The notes: generated from the letters alone by a model not told the origin. A stretch of 64,000 nt of DNA from Vicinamibacterales bacterium (GCA_036274155.1 DASUGH010000043.1:11165-75164), one strand, 5' to 3'. Counted from the first letter of the stretch, positions 31,154 through 41,018 are shown. Program-made: numbers and translations.

Positions 31154-33590
31154 CGTCCAGGCGCGCGCTGAGCGCCGAATCGACACCGGCATCGCCGGCG
31201 ACCGCAGGCGCGGCCGGCCGCGACCAGCGTCGCGCCGTCATGACGATGACGACGAGGGCGGCGCCCGCCGCGGCGTACGGGAAGAGCCACGCCAGGCGGT
31301 TGAAGCCGCGATCGATGGGCGATGCCAGGATGTCCTGGCCCATGTCGCGCACGAAGATCGCCAGAATCTCCTCGCGGCTCTTGCCTTCGGCGAGCAGGGC
31401 GCGAAGCTTCTTGCTCTGCGCGGCGTGTCCGTGGCAGTTCGGCATACCGCAGCTGGCCAGCGTGCGGCGGCAGGCACCGCACGTACACATCAGCTCGCCC
31501 TCGATCTTCCGCTCCACATCGCTGCGCTGTTCGATCTTGCCGGTCGTCGTGGACTGCGCCGTTCCAGTCACCGGCAGCAACACCAGCATGAAGAAGAGGA
31601 GGCTCGTGGTTGCCGCATTGGCGGGGATCCTGACGAGCGCGGCAGCGAAGAGCGTCTCGGGCAGCAGGGCAATACCGGTTCCGATCGCCATCACGCCGAA
31701 ACCGAGCCACAGCCAGTTGACCAGCGGATTGATATGGAAATCCAGGCTGGCCTCCTGCGTGCCTGGCTCGAACGAGGCCAGAAACACGTAAACGTCCTGC
31801 GCGAACGACCGCCAGATCGCCGTCTCGGTGGTCGGACTGTCCTCGTGGCCGTGGAAGTACCACCGCGCGGGATACATCGTGGTGAGTTCCTTGCCGTCAC
31901 GAAGCACCGTGACCTGCGCGGTGACCATCTGCTTCTGCGCATCGTCGTGCGTCTTCAGCGAGTCGTAGCGCAGCACGAACTCTCCGACTTTCACCTGCTG
32001 GCCCGGCGTAAGGCTCGCCTTCTCCTCGATCTTGAAACCCTTGCCGGCAAAGCCGAGGAAGATGAGCACGATGCCCAGGTGGACGACGTAGCCGCCGTAG
32101 CGGCGCTTGTTGCGGCCCACGAGACCGACGAGCGCCGTGAAGCGATCCGTGCCCGTCACCCCGGCACGGACGCCGGCACCGCGCCAGAACTCCTGGCCGA
32201 CCGTGCCCACCACGAACGCGCAGAGCGCGAAGCAGAGTCCTGAAGACCACACGCGCACGCCGAGTGACACCAGCAGTCCGGCCGTGACGACCGCGAATCC
32301 GACCGGAATGAGGAACTGGTCGCGCAGGTTGACGAGCGTCGAGCGACGCCATGCCAGCAGCGGTCCGATGCCGGTCAGAACGAGCAGGATGAGACCAATC
32401 GGCCGCATCCACTGATTGAAGAACGGCTCCGCCACGGTGAGACGCTGCCCGGTGACCGCCTCGCTCAGCGTGGGGAACATCGTGGCGAACAGCACGAAGA
32501 ACGCTGAAAACAGCAGGATCCAGTTGTTGACCAGGAACGCGGCTTCGCGCGACACCCACGAGTCGAGCTCGTTGCGGGCCTTGAGAAGCGGCAGCCGGTA
32601 GATCACGAGGCCGAAGCTGAACGTCAGCAGCGCGATCATGAACACGATGAACATGCGCGCCAGCTCAGGATCCTGCCCGAACGCGTGCACCGACTGCACG
32701 ACACCGGAACGGGTCATGAAGGTGCCGAAGATCGTGAGGAAGAAAGTCGTGATCACGAGCGTCACGTTCCAGACGCGCAGCATCCCGCGGCGCTCCTGGA
32801 CCATCACCGAATGCAGGAATGCGGTTGCCGTGAACCACGGAAGCAGTCCGGCGTTCTCGACCGGGTCCCACATCCAGTAGCCGCCCCAGCCGAGCTCCTC
32901 GTAAGCCCAGATCATGCCCAGGCCCAGGCCGACGCTGAGGAACAACCACGCCACCATCGTCCAGCGGCGGACGGCTCGCAGCCAGGCGTCGTCCAGGTAG
33001 CCGGTGATGAGCGCCGACATGCCGAAGGCAAAGGGGATGGTGAGGCCGACGAAGCCGAGGTACATGGTGGGCGGGTGGATCACCATGTAGAAGTTCTGCA
33101 GCGCCGGGTTGAGGCCGCGACCCGCGGTGTTCGTCTCGGTCAGATAGGTGGCGAACGGATTGTTGTGCACCACCATCAGCAGCAGGAAGAACATCTGCAC
33201 GCCGGAGATGACCGCGACGACGTAAGGGATCAGCTCGCGATGCCGCTCTCTGTTGACGTACACCGCCACGCTGCCGAAGAGCGACAGCAGGAACACCCAG
33301 AACATGATGGAGCCGTCGAGCCCGCCCCAGTACGACGTGATCTTGTAGAAGAGCGGAAGGGCGGCATCCGAGTAGCGGTGGACGTACTTGATGTTGTACT
33401 CGCCGGCAAGGAAGGCGTAGAGGATCACGCCCGAGGCTGCCGCCATGATGGCCGCCACGAGGTAGAACGCGCCGATGCCGCTTTCGATCAGCGCGTTCGA
33501 GCGCCGGCGCGCGCCCGCCACGGCAATCGCCGCCGAGTAGGCGCTGACAACGAAGGCGGCAAGCAGCAGGTAGTAGCCGAGCGAAGCCAT
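31131..33590 (-). CDS. ccmF: Cytochrome c heme lyase CcmF fused to a C-terminal CcmH-like domain
   Basis: IHPP, WAYEELGWGGYWMWDPVEN, SVHAF, VHLG; C-terminal LMCTCGAC...GKSREEILAIFVRDMGQDILASP...LAWLFP resembles CcmH. Confidence 0.93.
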   Translation of the reverse strand: MASLGYYLLLAAFVVSAYSAAIAVAGARRRSNALIESGIGAFYLVAAIMAAASGVILYAFLAGEYNIKYVHRYSDAALPLFYKITSYWGGLDGSIMFWVFLLSLFGSVAVYVNRERHRELIPYVVAVISGVQMFFLLLMVVHNNPFATYLTETNTAGRGLNPALQNFYMVIHPPTMYLGFVGLTIPFAFGMSALITGYLDDAWLRAVRRWTMVAWLFLSVGLGLGMIWAYEELGWGGYWMWDPVENAGLLPWFTATAFLHSVMVQERRGMLRVWNVTLVITTFFLTIFGTFMTRSGVVQSVHAFGQDPELARMFIVFMIALLTFSFGLVIYRLPLLKARNELDSWVSREAAFLVNNWILLFSAFFVLFATMFPTLSEAVTGQRLTVAEPFFNQWMRPIGLILLVLTGIGPLLAWRRSTLVNLRDQFLIPVGFAVVTAGLLVSLGVRVWSSGLCFALCAFVVGTVGQEFWRGAGVRAGVTGTDRFTALVGLVGRNKRRYGGYVVHLGIVLIFLGFAGKGFKIEEKASLTPGQQVKVGEFVLRYDSLKTHDDAQKQMVTAQVTVLRDGKELTTMYPARWYFHGHEDSPTTETAIWRSFAQDVYVFLASFEPGTQEASLDFHINPLVNWLWLGFGVMAIGTGIALLPETLFAAALVRIPANAATTSLLFFMLVLLPVTGTAQSTTTGKIEQRSDVERKIEGELMCTCGACRRTLASCGMPNCHGHAAQSKKLRALLAEGKSREEILAIFVRDMGQDILASPIDRGFNRLAWLFPYAAAGAALVVIVMTARRWSRPAAPAVAGDAGVDSALSARLDDELRDLD

Positions 33591-33608
33591 CGCTACAGTC
33601 CGTTCCCG

Positions 33609-34031
33609 TCAATCAGCCTGGGCAACGATCTTCGGCCCCTTCCCCGGGCTTTCCTCGTACTTCGAAGGACATTTGGCGGACATGTCGCTGGCGATGAACC
33701 GCTGGCCCGTGAGCACCCCCGTCAGCACGACCTCGGAATCGTCCTTGAACGCATCCGGGGGTGACCCGACGAACGAGGCCTGTATCACCTTGCCGTTGCG
33801 CTGCACCTCGAAGCGATATTCACGTGTCGCCCTGTTCCGTGTAATCGATCCTGCCTTGACGTAGCCATGCACCTTGAGCGGCTTGCCTTCCCACGCGTGC
33901 GGCTCCGCCATGACCTCGTCAACGAACTTGTAGTACTGCAGGTTCTCGTTGAGCGAGGTGAACAGGAGTGCACCGAACGCGGCCGCGAGCACTGCCGACG
34001 TAATGCCGATCTTCGCTGCTTTGTGGCTCAT
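33609..34031 (-). CDS. ccmE: Heme chaperone CcmE, CxxxY type
   Basis: N-terminal TM, GYVKAGSI, PPDAFK, AKCPSKYE. Confidence 0.92.
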   Translation of the reverse strand: MSHKAAKIGITSAVLAAAFGALLFTSLNENLQYYKFVDEVMAEPHAWEGKPLKVHGYVKAGSITRNRATREYRFEVQRNGKVIQASFVGSPPDAFKDDSEVVLTGVLTGQRFIASDMSAKCPSKYEESPGKGPKIVAQAD

Positions 34032-34063
34032 ATATAAGGACTTCGAGGAAGTGTTAACACCGC

Positions 34064-34657
34064 TCAGGATACCAGTATTCCCGCCTCCGTGCACATGCGG
34101 TAAACGAGCGCAACCGGCAGGCCCACCACGTTCGAGTACGAGCCTTCGATTCGCCTGACGAACCGGGACGCCAGCCCCTGGATCGCGTATGCGCCGGCCT
34201 TCCCCATCGGCTCACCGCTGGCGACGTACCAGTCGAGTTCGTGGGGTCTCAACACGTCGAACTCGACGGTGGTCGATTCCACCCGGCAGACGATGGCCCG
34301 TGTGAGGCTCGACGGCTCCGCTGCGTCTGAGACGACACAGACCGCCGTGAGGACGATGTGGGTCCGACCCGAGAGCGACTCGAGCATATGCCGCGCATCG
34401 GCCGCATCCCGCGGCTTTCCAAGAGCCCGTCCGCCGTTGACGACGACGGTATCGGCGGAGAGGATGGCGCGCCGTTCGCCTGCCGCAATGACGGCGCGCG
34501 CCTTGACCTCGGCGATCCGCCGGACGTATTCCTCCGGCGACTCGTCAGGGTGCGGCGATTCGTCGACCTCCGACACGCGTACGTCGAACGCTATGCCGGC
34601 AGCGCGCAGCAGATCCGCGCGCCGAGGGGAGGCCGACGCAAGAACAAGAGTGGGCAT
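34064..34657 (-). CDS. maf: Maf family nucleoside triphosphate pyrophosphatase
   Basis: LASASPRR, ADTVV, LGKP, GKAGAYAIQG, NVVGLP. Confidence 0.95.
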   Translation of the reverse strand: MPTLVLASASPRRADLLRAAGIAFDVRVSEVDESPHPDESPEEYVRRIAEVKARAVIAAGERRAILSADTVVVNGGRALGKPRDAADARHMLESLSGRTHIVLTAVCVVSDAAEPSSLTRAIVCRVESTTVEFDVLRPHELDWYVASGEPMGKAGAYAIQGLASRFVRRIEGSYSNVVGLPVALVYRMCTEAGILVS

Positions 34658-34669
34658 GTGGGTTTCGCA

Positions 34670-34728
34670 GAACCGAGCTTCAGCTCGGTTCACACGCAGT
34701 CCGCCTGACCCGAGCTTCAGCCCGGTTC
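34670..34728. repeat. Two REP-like palindromes (GAACCGAGCTTCAGCTCGGTTC and a variant)
   Basis: Hairpin with perfect 10-bp arms at 34670-34691 and a near copy at 34707-34728, between divergent genes. Confidence 0.7.
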
Positions 34729-34770
34729 CAAATTGAACATCCGATATCAGCCGTGTACGATTCGGACGCC

Positions 34771-35049
34771 ATGCGCCCTGTTAGTACTTCGATCCCCGAT
34801 GCCCTGGCAACCATCCTCCGCAAGGCGCCTCTCACCGACGAGAAAGTGTCGTTCGCGTGGCGGACTGCGGTCGGCCCGGCCGTGGACAAGGCAACGGCAA
34901 TCGAGCTCCGGAACGGCATCCTGTTCGTTCGCGCAAAAGACGAGGCGTGGCGGCGCGAGGTCGAGCGGTCCGCAGCAGTCGTTCGCGCGCGGCTCGACTC
35001 TCTGCTCGGCAAAGGCATCGTTCGAACAATCCGGGTGGAACCTCGATGA
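34771..35049 (+). CDS. DUF721/DciA family protein
   Basis: AWRTAVGPAV...RNGILFVRA...WRREV pattern, about 92 aa. Confidence 0.75.
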   Translation: MRPVSTSIPDALATILRKAPLTDEKVSFAWRTAVGPAVDKATAIELRNGILFVRAKDEAWRREVERSAAVVRARLDSLLGKGIVRTIRVEPR

Positions 35050-35087
35050 CGGCGCCCTGCATGACCCGCTGCCGCTAAGATGAAGTC

Positions 35088-36269
35088 ATGCAGGAAGCAG
35101 TGATCGTCTCGGCGTGCCGGACGCCTACCGGGAAATTCCTCGGGACCCTGAAGGCCTTTTCCGCGACCGACCTCGGTGCCCTGGTCGTGCGGGAAGCCGT
35201 ACGCCGCGCCGGCATCGAAGCCGCCTCGGTCGACGAATGCATCATGGGCAACGTCGTGTCGGCCGGGCTCGGCCAGGCCCCGGCGCGTCAGGCGGCGCTC
35301 CGCGGCGGCCTCGCCGACCATGTCGCAGCACTGACGATCAACAAGGTGTGCGGGTCGGGGCTGAAGGCGGTCATGCTGGCGGCGCAAGGCATCGCGACCG
35401 GCGACACCGAGATCGCCGTCGCTGGCGGCATGGAGTCGATGAGCAACGCCCCCTACCTGCTCGATCGCGTACGCGAAGGGCTGCGCATGGGAAACGGCCA
35501 GGTGATCGATTCCATGATCCAGGACGGCCTCTGGTGCTCGTTCGAGCAGTGGCACATGGGACAGGCCGGTGAAGTGGTCGCCTGCGAATACGGTGTGTCG
35601 CGCACGGCACAGGACACGTTCGCGGTCGAGAGTCACCGGAAAGCGGCCGCGGCCACTGCAGAGGGACGTTTGGCGGCCGAAATCCTGCCGGTCGCGATTC
35701 CCCAGAAGGGTCGTCCTGCGACGTCGTTCGAGCGTGACGAGTCGATTCGCGCCGACACCAGCCTCGAGGCGCTCGCAGCGCTGCGCCCGGCGTTCAAGAG
35801 CGACGGCACGGTCACGGCCGGCAACGCTCCACCCGTCAACGATGGTGCGGCAGCACTCGTGGTGATGGCCGCTCACCGCGCTGCGGCCCTCGGAGTCGAA
35901 CCGTTGGCGCGAATCGTCGCGCAGGCCACGAGCGGCCTGCCGCCGAAGTTGATCCTGATGACGCCGGTCGAAGCGGTGCGACGTGTGGCGTCCAAGGCTG
36001 GCTGGAAGCTGGACGAGGTCGACCTGTTCGAGATCAACGAAGCCTTCTCGGTGCAGATCGTTGCGGTGCTGCAACAGCTCGCGATCGACCCGGCGAAGGT
36101 CAACGTCAATGGCGGCGCCGTTGCACTCGGACACCCGATCGGCGCCAGCGGCGCACGAATCCTCACCACGCTGCTCTACGCCTTGAAGCAGCGCCGTCTC
36201 CGGCGCGGAATCGCCGCGCTGTGCCTGGGCGGCGGCAACGGAGTGGCGCTGGCCGTCGAGCGTGTCTGA
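35088..36269 (+). CDS. Acetyl-CoA C-acetyltransferase (thiolase)
   Basis: [32 protein letters not shown]. Confidence 0.95.
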   Translation: MQEAVIVSACRTPTGKFLGTLKAFSATDLGALVVREAVRRAGIEAASVDECIMGNVVSAGLGQAPARQAALRGGLADHVAALTINKVCGSGLKAVMLAAQGIATGDTEIAVAGGMESMSNAPYLLDRVREGLRMGNGQVIDSMIQDGLWCSFEQWHMGQAGEVVACEYGVSRTAQDTFAVESHRKAAAATAEGRLAAEILPVAIPQKGRPATSFERDESIRADTSLEALAALRPAFKSDGTVTAGNAPPVNDGAAALVVMAAHRAAALGVEPLARIVAQATSGLPPKLILMTPVEAVRRVASKAGWKLDEVDLFEINEAFSVQIVAVLQQLAIDPAKVNVNGGAVALGHPIGASGARILTTLLYALKQRRLRRGIAALCLGGGNGVALAVERV

Positions 36270-36435
36270 TTCGCCTGAGGGACCCGGTCCGGCGGCCGTG
36301 GCAGAAACCGCACCGCCGAGCGGCCGCGGGGCGCGCCGATCCTGCACATGCCGCGCCTGGAGGCGAAAGTGGTCGCCGGGCAGTAACTCATTGACTGATA
36401 AGAGTGAGCGAGCCTGTTTCTCGCTTCGTTTCGGC

Positions 36436-36464
36436 TTGACTTTCGCTCGGCACGTCCTTAGGAT
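36436..36464 (+). promoter_or_regulatory. Sigma-70-type promoter upstream of recA
   Basis: TTGACT-17 bp-TAGGAT. Confidence 0.65.
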
Positions 36465-36749
36465 CAGCCCGGCTGTGACCTGCCCTGTCCCTCTACACCC
36501 GCATACTCACGAACAACCTGGAACGCCGGGTGTGGTCGGGCACACGGGCGTCGGAAACCAGGCTGCCGCAACCGTTCGCTCCGGCCGCGTTCGCGCTTCA
36601 GCCGGTGCTGCTCGGTCCGTTATGCGGCTCGAAACGTGAACTCTGTACTCGTTGCCGCGGAAGCCGCAGAACGGACCAGGCGCGCGGAGCGCGCCCAGAA
36701 GATACTGGTTTGAGCCAGAGGCGCAGCGCCTCTGGTCGAAGGAGACCGC

Positions 36750-37778
36750 ATGGCCCTCGATGATCTCAAGGAACGCACCAGAGCCCTCGACATTGCCGTC
36801 GGGCAGATCGAGAAACAGTTCGGCAAGGGCTCGATCATGCGCCTCGGACAGCGCAACCAGATTGCGCCAATCGAGGCGATCTCCACTGGCGCCATCAGTA
36901 TCGACTATGCGCTCGGCATCGGCGGTCTGCCGCGCGGCCGGGTCACCGAAATCTTCGGTCCCGAGTCGTCGGGAAAGACCACGCTGGCGCTGCAGGTGAT
37001 CGCCGAGGCGCAGCGCGCCGGCGGCATGGCCGCGTTCGTCGATGCCGAGCATGCGCTCGACGCCCAGTACGCGCAGAAGCTCGGCGTCGATTTGGAGAAT
37101 CTGCTCGTCTCACAGCCGGATCACGGCGAGCAGGCGCTCGAGATCGTCGAGGTGCTGGTGCGTTCCAACAGCATCGACGTCGTGGTCGTCGACTCGGTGG
37201 CGGCCCTCGTGCCGAAGGCCGAGATCGACGGCGAGATGGGCGAAGCGCAGATGGGGCTGCAGGCGAGGCTGATGTCGCAGGCGCTCCGCAAGCTGACCGG
37301 CATCGTGTCGAAGTCGAAGACGACACTGATCTTCATCAACCAGTTGCGCGAGAAGATCGGCGTCATGTTCGGGAACCCCGAGACGACGACCGGCGGGCGG
37401 GCGCTGAAGTTCTACGCGTCAGTACGTATCGACATCCGCCGCATCGCCAGCATCAAGGACGGCGACCAGATCGTAGGCGGCAGGACGCGTGTCAAGGTCG
37501 TCAAGAACAAGGTCGCGCCACCGTTCCGCGAGGCCGAATTCGACGTGATGTACGGCGAAGGCATCTCACGCGAAGGCGACCTGCTCGACCTCGCCGTCGA
37601 GAAGCGGATCATCGAGAAGAGCGGGGCCTGGTTCGCCTATGGCGGCGAGCGTCTCGGACAGGGCCGGGAAAACGCGAAGCAGTTCCTCAAGGACAACGCC
37701 GACGTGCGTCGGGCGATCGAGGAGCGGGTCCGCAAGGAGCTGGGTCTGGTGGGGGCTGCTGAAATCGCCGCGGTGTAA
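36750..37778 (+). CDS. recA: Recombinase RecA
   Basis: [50 protein letters not shown]; SD GAAGGAG. Confidence 0.99.
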   Translation: MALDDLKERTRALDIAVGQIEKQFGKGSIMRLGQRNQIAPIEAISTGAISIDYALGIGGLPRGRVTEIFGPESSGKTTLALQVIAEAQRAGGMAAFVDAEHALDAQYAQKLGVDLENLLVSQPDHGEQALEIVEVLVRSNSIDVVVVDSVAALVPKAEIDGEMGEAQMGLQARLMSQALRKLTGIVSKSKTTLIFINQLREKIGVMFGNPETTTGGRALKFYASVRIDIRRIASIKDGDQIVGGRTRVKVVKNKVAPPFREAEFDVMYGEGISREGDLLDLAVEKRIIEKSGAWFAYGGERLGQGRENAKQFLKDNADVRRAIEERVRKELGLVGAAEIAAV

Positions 37779-37784
37779 GGCCGG

Positions 37785-37976
37785 TCAGTCAGCTCTTCGC
37801 TCGGTGTCGGGCGCCCAGTCGGGCGTCCGGCGCCGGCGCTTGGGGAAGCACGATACCTCTGAGAGCGCGTCTGGACCCGGATATCTGAACCTCTGCTGAC
37901 CGCTGCGATCGGCTCGCCTTTCGGTTCTGGCCTTGTTCTGTGCCAGCCTGTTCACAAACCGGATAACTGTAGCCAT
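37785..37976 (-). CDS. Possible small protein (63 aa, MATVIRFVNRLAQ...)
   Basis: GGGAG SD-like site before ATG and a sigma-54-like motif upstream; no recognisable domain. Confidence 0.3.
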   Translation of the reverse strand: MATVIRFVNRLAQNKARTERRADRSGQQRFRYPGPDALSEVSCFPKRRRRTPDWAPDTERRAD

Positions 37977-38013
37977 CGACGCTCCCGTGGTGCGCTGTCC
38001 CCCAACAGCAGAG

Positions 38014-38028
38014 GCAAGAGCTCGGCCA
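38014..38028 (-). promoter_or_regulatory. Putative sigma-54 promoter
   Basis: TGGCCGAGCTCTTGC = GG-N10-GC. Confidence 0.45.
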
Positions 38029-38238
38029 GTACCGCGCCGCCCGAAATACTCGAAATACTGAGTGATTTCCTTGCGCAGCCACACGGATGCGTTTGGTCTG
38101 AATACAGTCGGGCTTGCGTATCAATACACTTCCACGACGCCGGTTGGCCTGCTCCACGCTCCGGCTGCCGGGAAACGGGTGAAAAAAGCCGCGTGATATA
38201 CTCACCAGCCTTTCACCTCTTTTTTGGGCGCCGTTCGA

Positions 38239-38314
38239 GGCCAGGTAGCTCAGTTGGTAGAGCATACGACTGAAAATCGTAGTGTCGGCGGTTCGATTCC
38301 GTCCCTGGCCACCA
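38239..38314 (+). tRNA. tRNA-Phe (GAA)
   Basis: GGCCAGG acceptor stem, TAGCTCAGTTGGTAGAGC D-arm, anticodon loop CTGAAAA, GGTTCGATTCC T-arm, encoded CCA; 76 nt. Confidence 0.98.
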
Positions 38315-38467
38315 CCTGACGCCCCCTTGCAGCGGTTCCCGCAGAGCTCTCATCCCGAGCGTGTGGTTTTGCCGGCCGGTCCGCTCAATGGAGCCGCCAG
38401 CGCGAGTTTGACCTGATCGGACGCGCGTCGTAACCTGACCGGGTCACCGCTCCGAGGAGTAGTCATC

Positions 38468-39547
38468 GTGCGCCGAGTCATTCCGTTTCTCGCCCTCATC
38501 GCGGTCGTCGCCGGCTGCTCCAAGCAGGCGCCAGCGCCCAAAGAGGGCACCGAAGCCGCCAGCCCCGCGGCGTCAGCCACCCCCCTGGCCCCAGGCGATC
38601 CACCGCCAGCCTCGGCGCTGCCGGGAGGCCCGACTGGACCGGCGGCGAAGCCGATTCCGGCGGAGCTGCCAGCAGTCATCGCCCGGGTGAACGGCGAGGA
38701 CATCAGCAAGTCCGACTTCGAAGTCGCCGTCCGCAACGTCGAGGCGCGTGCCGGCAGCCCGGTGCCGGCGAGCGAACGGGACCGCGTGTTTCATGGAGTC
38801 CTCGACGAGCTGATTGGCTACAAGCTGCTGCTGCAGGAATCCCGCGCCCGCAAGATGAGCGTGCCGGAAACCGACATCGACGCGCGGATGGTCGAAGTCA
38901 AGCGCCAGTTCCCCTCCGAAGACGCGTTTCAGAAAATGCTCGCCGAACGCAAGATCACGGTGCAGCAGGTGCGCTCGGAGATGAAGAGCGAGATGGTCGT
39001 GAACCGTCTCATCGAAGCGGAGATCGCTTCAAAGATCGCCGTCGCTGGTGACGATGTCGCTTCCTTCTACAAACGCAATCCCAAGGAATTCGAGGTCCCG
39101 GAACGAGTCCGCGCCAGCCACATCCTCATCGCGGTTCCGGCTGGCGCCGATGCGGCGACCAAGACGAACGCGCTCACCAAGGCGAGCAGTATCCTCAAGA
39201 CCGTGCGCGGCGGCGGCGACTTCGCACTGCTCGCCCGCGAGAACTCGCAGGACCCGGGCAGCGCCGCCAACGGCGGCGATCTCGGCTTCTTCCAGCAGGG
39301 GCAGATGGTCGGTGCCTTCAACGACACGGCGTTCAAGCTTGGCAAGGGCGAGGTCAGCGACGTTGTCGAAACCGAATTCGGGTACCACATCATCAAGGTG
39401 ACCGACAAACAGCCGAGTCGCGCGGTGACGCTCGACGAAGCGCGTCCGCAGATCGAGAAGTACCTGCAGGGGGTCAACAGGAAGAAGGCGACCGAGGCCT
39501 TCGTTCAGTCGCTGCGCGCCAAGGGGAAGATCGAGGTGTTCATCTGA
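38468..39547 (+). CDS. Parvulin-type peptidyl-prolyl isomerase lipoprotein (SurA/PrsA-like)
   Basis: Lipobox VAGC, VRASHILI, SQDPGSAANGGDLG, ETEFGYHIIK. Confidence 0.93.
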   Translation: MRRVIPFLALIAVVAGCSKQAPAPKEGTEAASPAASATPLAPGDPPPASALPGGPTGPAAKPIPAELPAVIARVNGEDISKSDFEVAVRNVEARAGSPVPASERDRVFHGVLDELIGYKLLLQESRARKMSVPETDIDARMVEVKRQFPSEDAFQKMLAERKITVQQVRSEMKSEMVVNRLIEAEIASKIAVAGDDVASFYKRNPKEFEVPERVRASHILIAVPAGADAATKTNALTKASSILKTVRGGGDFALLARENSQDPGSAANGGDLGFFQQGQMVGAFNDTAFKLGKGEVSDVVETEFGYHIIKVTDKQPSRAVTLDEARPQIEKYLQGVNRKKATEAFVQSLRAKGKIEVFI

Positions 39548-39548
39548 C

Positions 39549-39950
39549 GTGACGGCCGGAAACGATGCCGCCGGCGCGATGCGCGTCGACGTGTGGCTCG
39601 ACATCGCCTGCCTGTTCAAGACGCGCTCGGAGGCAAAGCGCGCGTGCGAGGGCGGCAAGGTCGACGTCAACGGCGAGCACGCCCGGCCCAACCGGCTCGT
39701 CCGCGAGGGCGACCGCCTGCGAATCAGCCGTGGCTTCGGGCGCTATCAGGACGTCGTCGTCCGCATCCTCATCGATCAGCACGTGAAGAAGTCGGAGGCC
39801 AGGGCGCTCTACGACGACGTGACACCGGTACCGACGCCAGCGGAGATCGAGATGCGCCGGATGGAGCGGACGTATCGGGCTGCGGCTCAGGCGGCCGGCA
39901 CTCCCGATCGGAGACGGCGACGCGAGATCCGGCGTCTCAAGGGACTGTAA
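39549..39950 (+). CDS. hslR: S4-domain ribosome-associated protein (Hsp15/HslR-like); alternative start at 39579
   Basis: RVDVWL..ACLFKTRSEAKRACEGGKV, ARALYDD, C-terminal GTPDRRRRREIRRLKG. Confidence 0.85.
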   Translation: MTAGNDAAGAMRVDVWLDIACLFKTRSEAKRACEGGKVDVNGEHARPNRLVREGDRLRISRGFGRYQDVVVRILIDQHVKKSEARALYDDVTPVPTPAEIEMRRMERTYRAAAQAAGTPDRRRRREIRRLKGL

Positions 39951-39986
39951 CGGCTGCCCACGTAGTTGCCAACGTAGGATGCGCTT

Positions 39987-41006
39987 GTGCCGCGGAATCA
40001 GGAAGTCATCCGTCAGTGGCGGGTACTGCACCTGTTGGAGTCGTCACGCCACGGCGCTTCGATAGACGCGCTGGCATCTGAGCTCGACGTCACGACACGG
40101 ACAATCCGCCGCGATCTCGCCGCGCTTCAGGAAGCGGGCTTCCCGCTGTACGACGAGCGTGACGACGATGGTCACGTTCGATGGCTGCTCGAGGGGCAGG
40201 CGCTCAAGGGGCTCGAAGCCGGGTTCACCCTGTCGGAGCTGTGTGCGCTGTACCTCAGCCGGCACCTGCTGGAGTCGGTGACCGGTACTCCCTTTCAGCG
40301 CGACCTGATGCAGGCGTTCGCGCGGCTCGAGAAGATGCTGTCGCCGCGCATGCGCCAGTTCCTCGACCGGCTGCCCTCGGTGCTCGCCGCCAAGCCCGGA
40401 CCGCGCGTCCGCGGCGGCGAGTCGGCCGAGCTGCTCGTGGCACGGCTCCTCGAAGCGACACTCCATTTCCGATCCGCTCGCATGCGCTACCACTCGGTCT
40501 CGAGCGGGCGTGACAAGGATTATCTGGTCCACCCGTATCGCCTCCTGTTCGCACAAGGGGGGATGTACCTGCTGGCGTATGTTCCCGAATACGGAAACGT
40601 GCGCACCTTCGCCATCGATCGGATTGCATCGGTGTCGCTCGAAAAGGAGACGTTCACACCGAAGCCGCACATCGCCGAGGACGTGTTTGCCAACTCGCTC
40701 GGCGTGAACACCGGACCGGCGGCGCCGGTGGAGATCGTCTTCGATCGGCGAGTCGCGCCGTACGTTCGCGCCCGGGTCTGGCATGCGTCCCAGCGCGTGC
40801 GCGACGAAGCCGACGGCGGAGTCACGCTGTCGATGGATGTCTGTCACGACTGGGCTCTCAGAAGCTGGATTCTGAGCTGGGGACCGTTTGCGCAGGTGGT
40901 GACGCCGCCCGCTCTGGCCGCCGACGTTCGTGCGGACCTGGAGTCGGCGGCGGGACGGTATGAGGACGGGCCGGCGCCGCGCCGCGCACGCGCAGGCCGG
41001 ACCTGA
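39987..41006 (+). CDS. WYL-domain transcriptional regulator (wHTH-WYL-WCX)
   Basis: LASELDVTTRTIRRDL HTH, VHPY...YLLAY...RTFAIDRI WYL, WHASQ...WILSWG WCX. Confidence 0.93.
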   Translation: MPRNQEVIRQWRVLHLLESSRHGASIDALASELDVTTRTIRRDLAALQEAGFPLYDERDDDGHVRWLLEGQALKGLEAGFTLSELCALYLSRHLLESVTGTPFQRDLMQAFARLEKMLSPRMRQFLDRLPSVLAAKPGPRVRGGESAELLVARLLEATLHFRSARMRYHSVSSGRDKDYLVHPYRLLFAQGGMYLLAYVPEYGNVRTFAIDRIASVSLEKETFTPKPHIAEDVFANSLGVNTGPAAPVEIVFDRRVAPYVRARVWHASQRVRDEADGGVTLSMDVCHDWALRSWILSWGPFAQVVTPPALAADVRADLESAAGRYEDGPAPRRARAGRT

Positions 41007-41018
41007 GTCGAGCCGAAC

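Noticed and set aside
34680-36347. 555-aa minus-strand ORF
   Set aside because: Antisense shadow of the thiolase and DUF721 genes
36300-36750. LexA box upstream of recA
   Set aside because: GAAC-N6-GAAC and GTTC-N11-GTTC have the wrong spacing for GTTC-N7-GTTC; no convincing CTGT-N8-ACAG or GAAC-N4-GTTC seen
38239-38460. tRNA-Phe as a genomic island attachment site
   Set aside because: No integrase, no duplicated tRNA 3' end noticed, and the downstream genes look like core genes
39987-41006. WYL regulator as a marker of an anti-phage defence island
   Set aside because: No restriction, CBASS, BREX or toxin genes nearby
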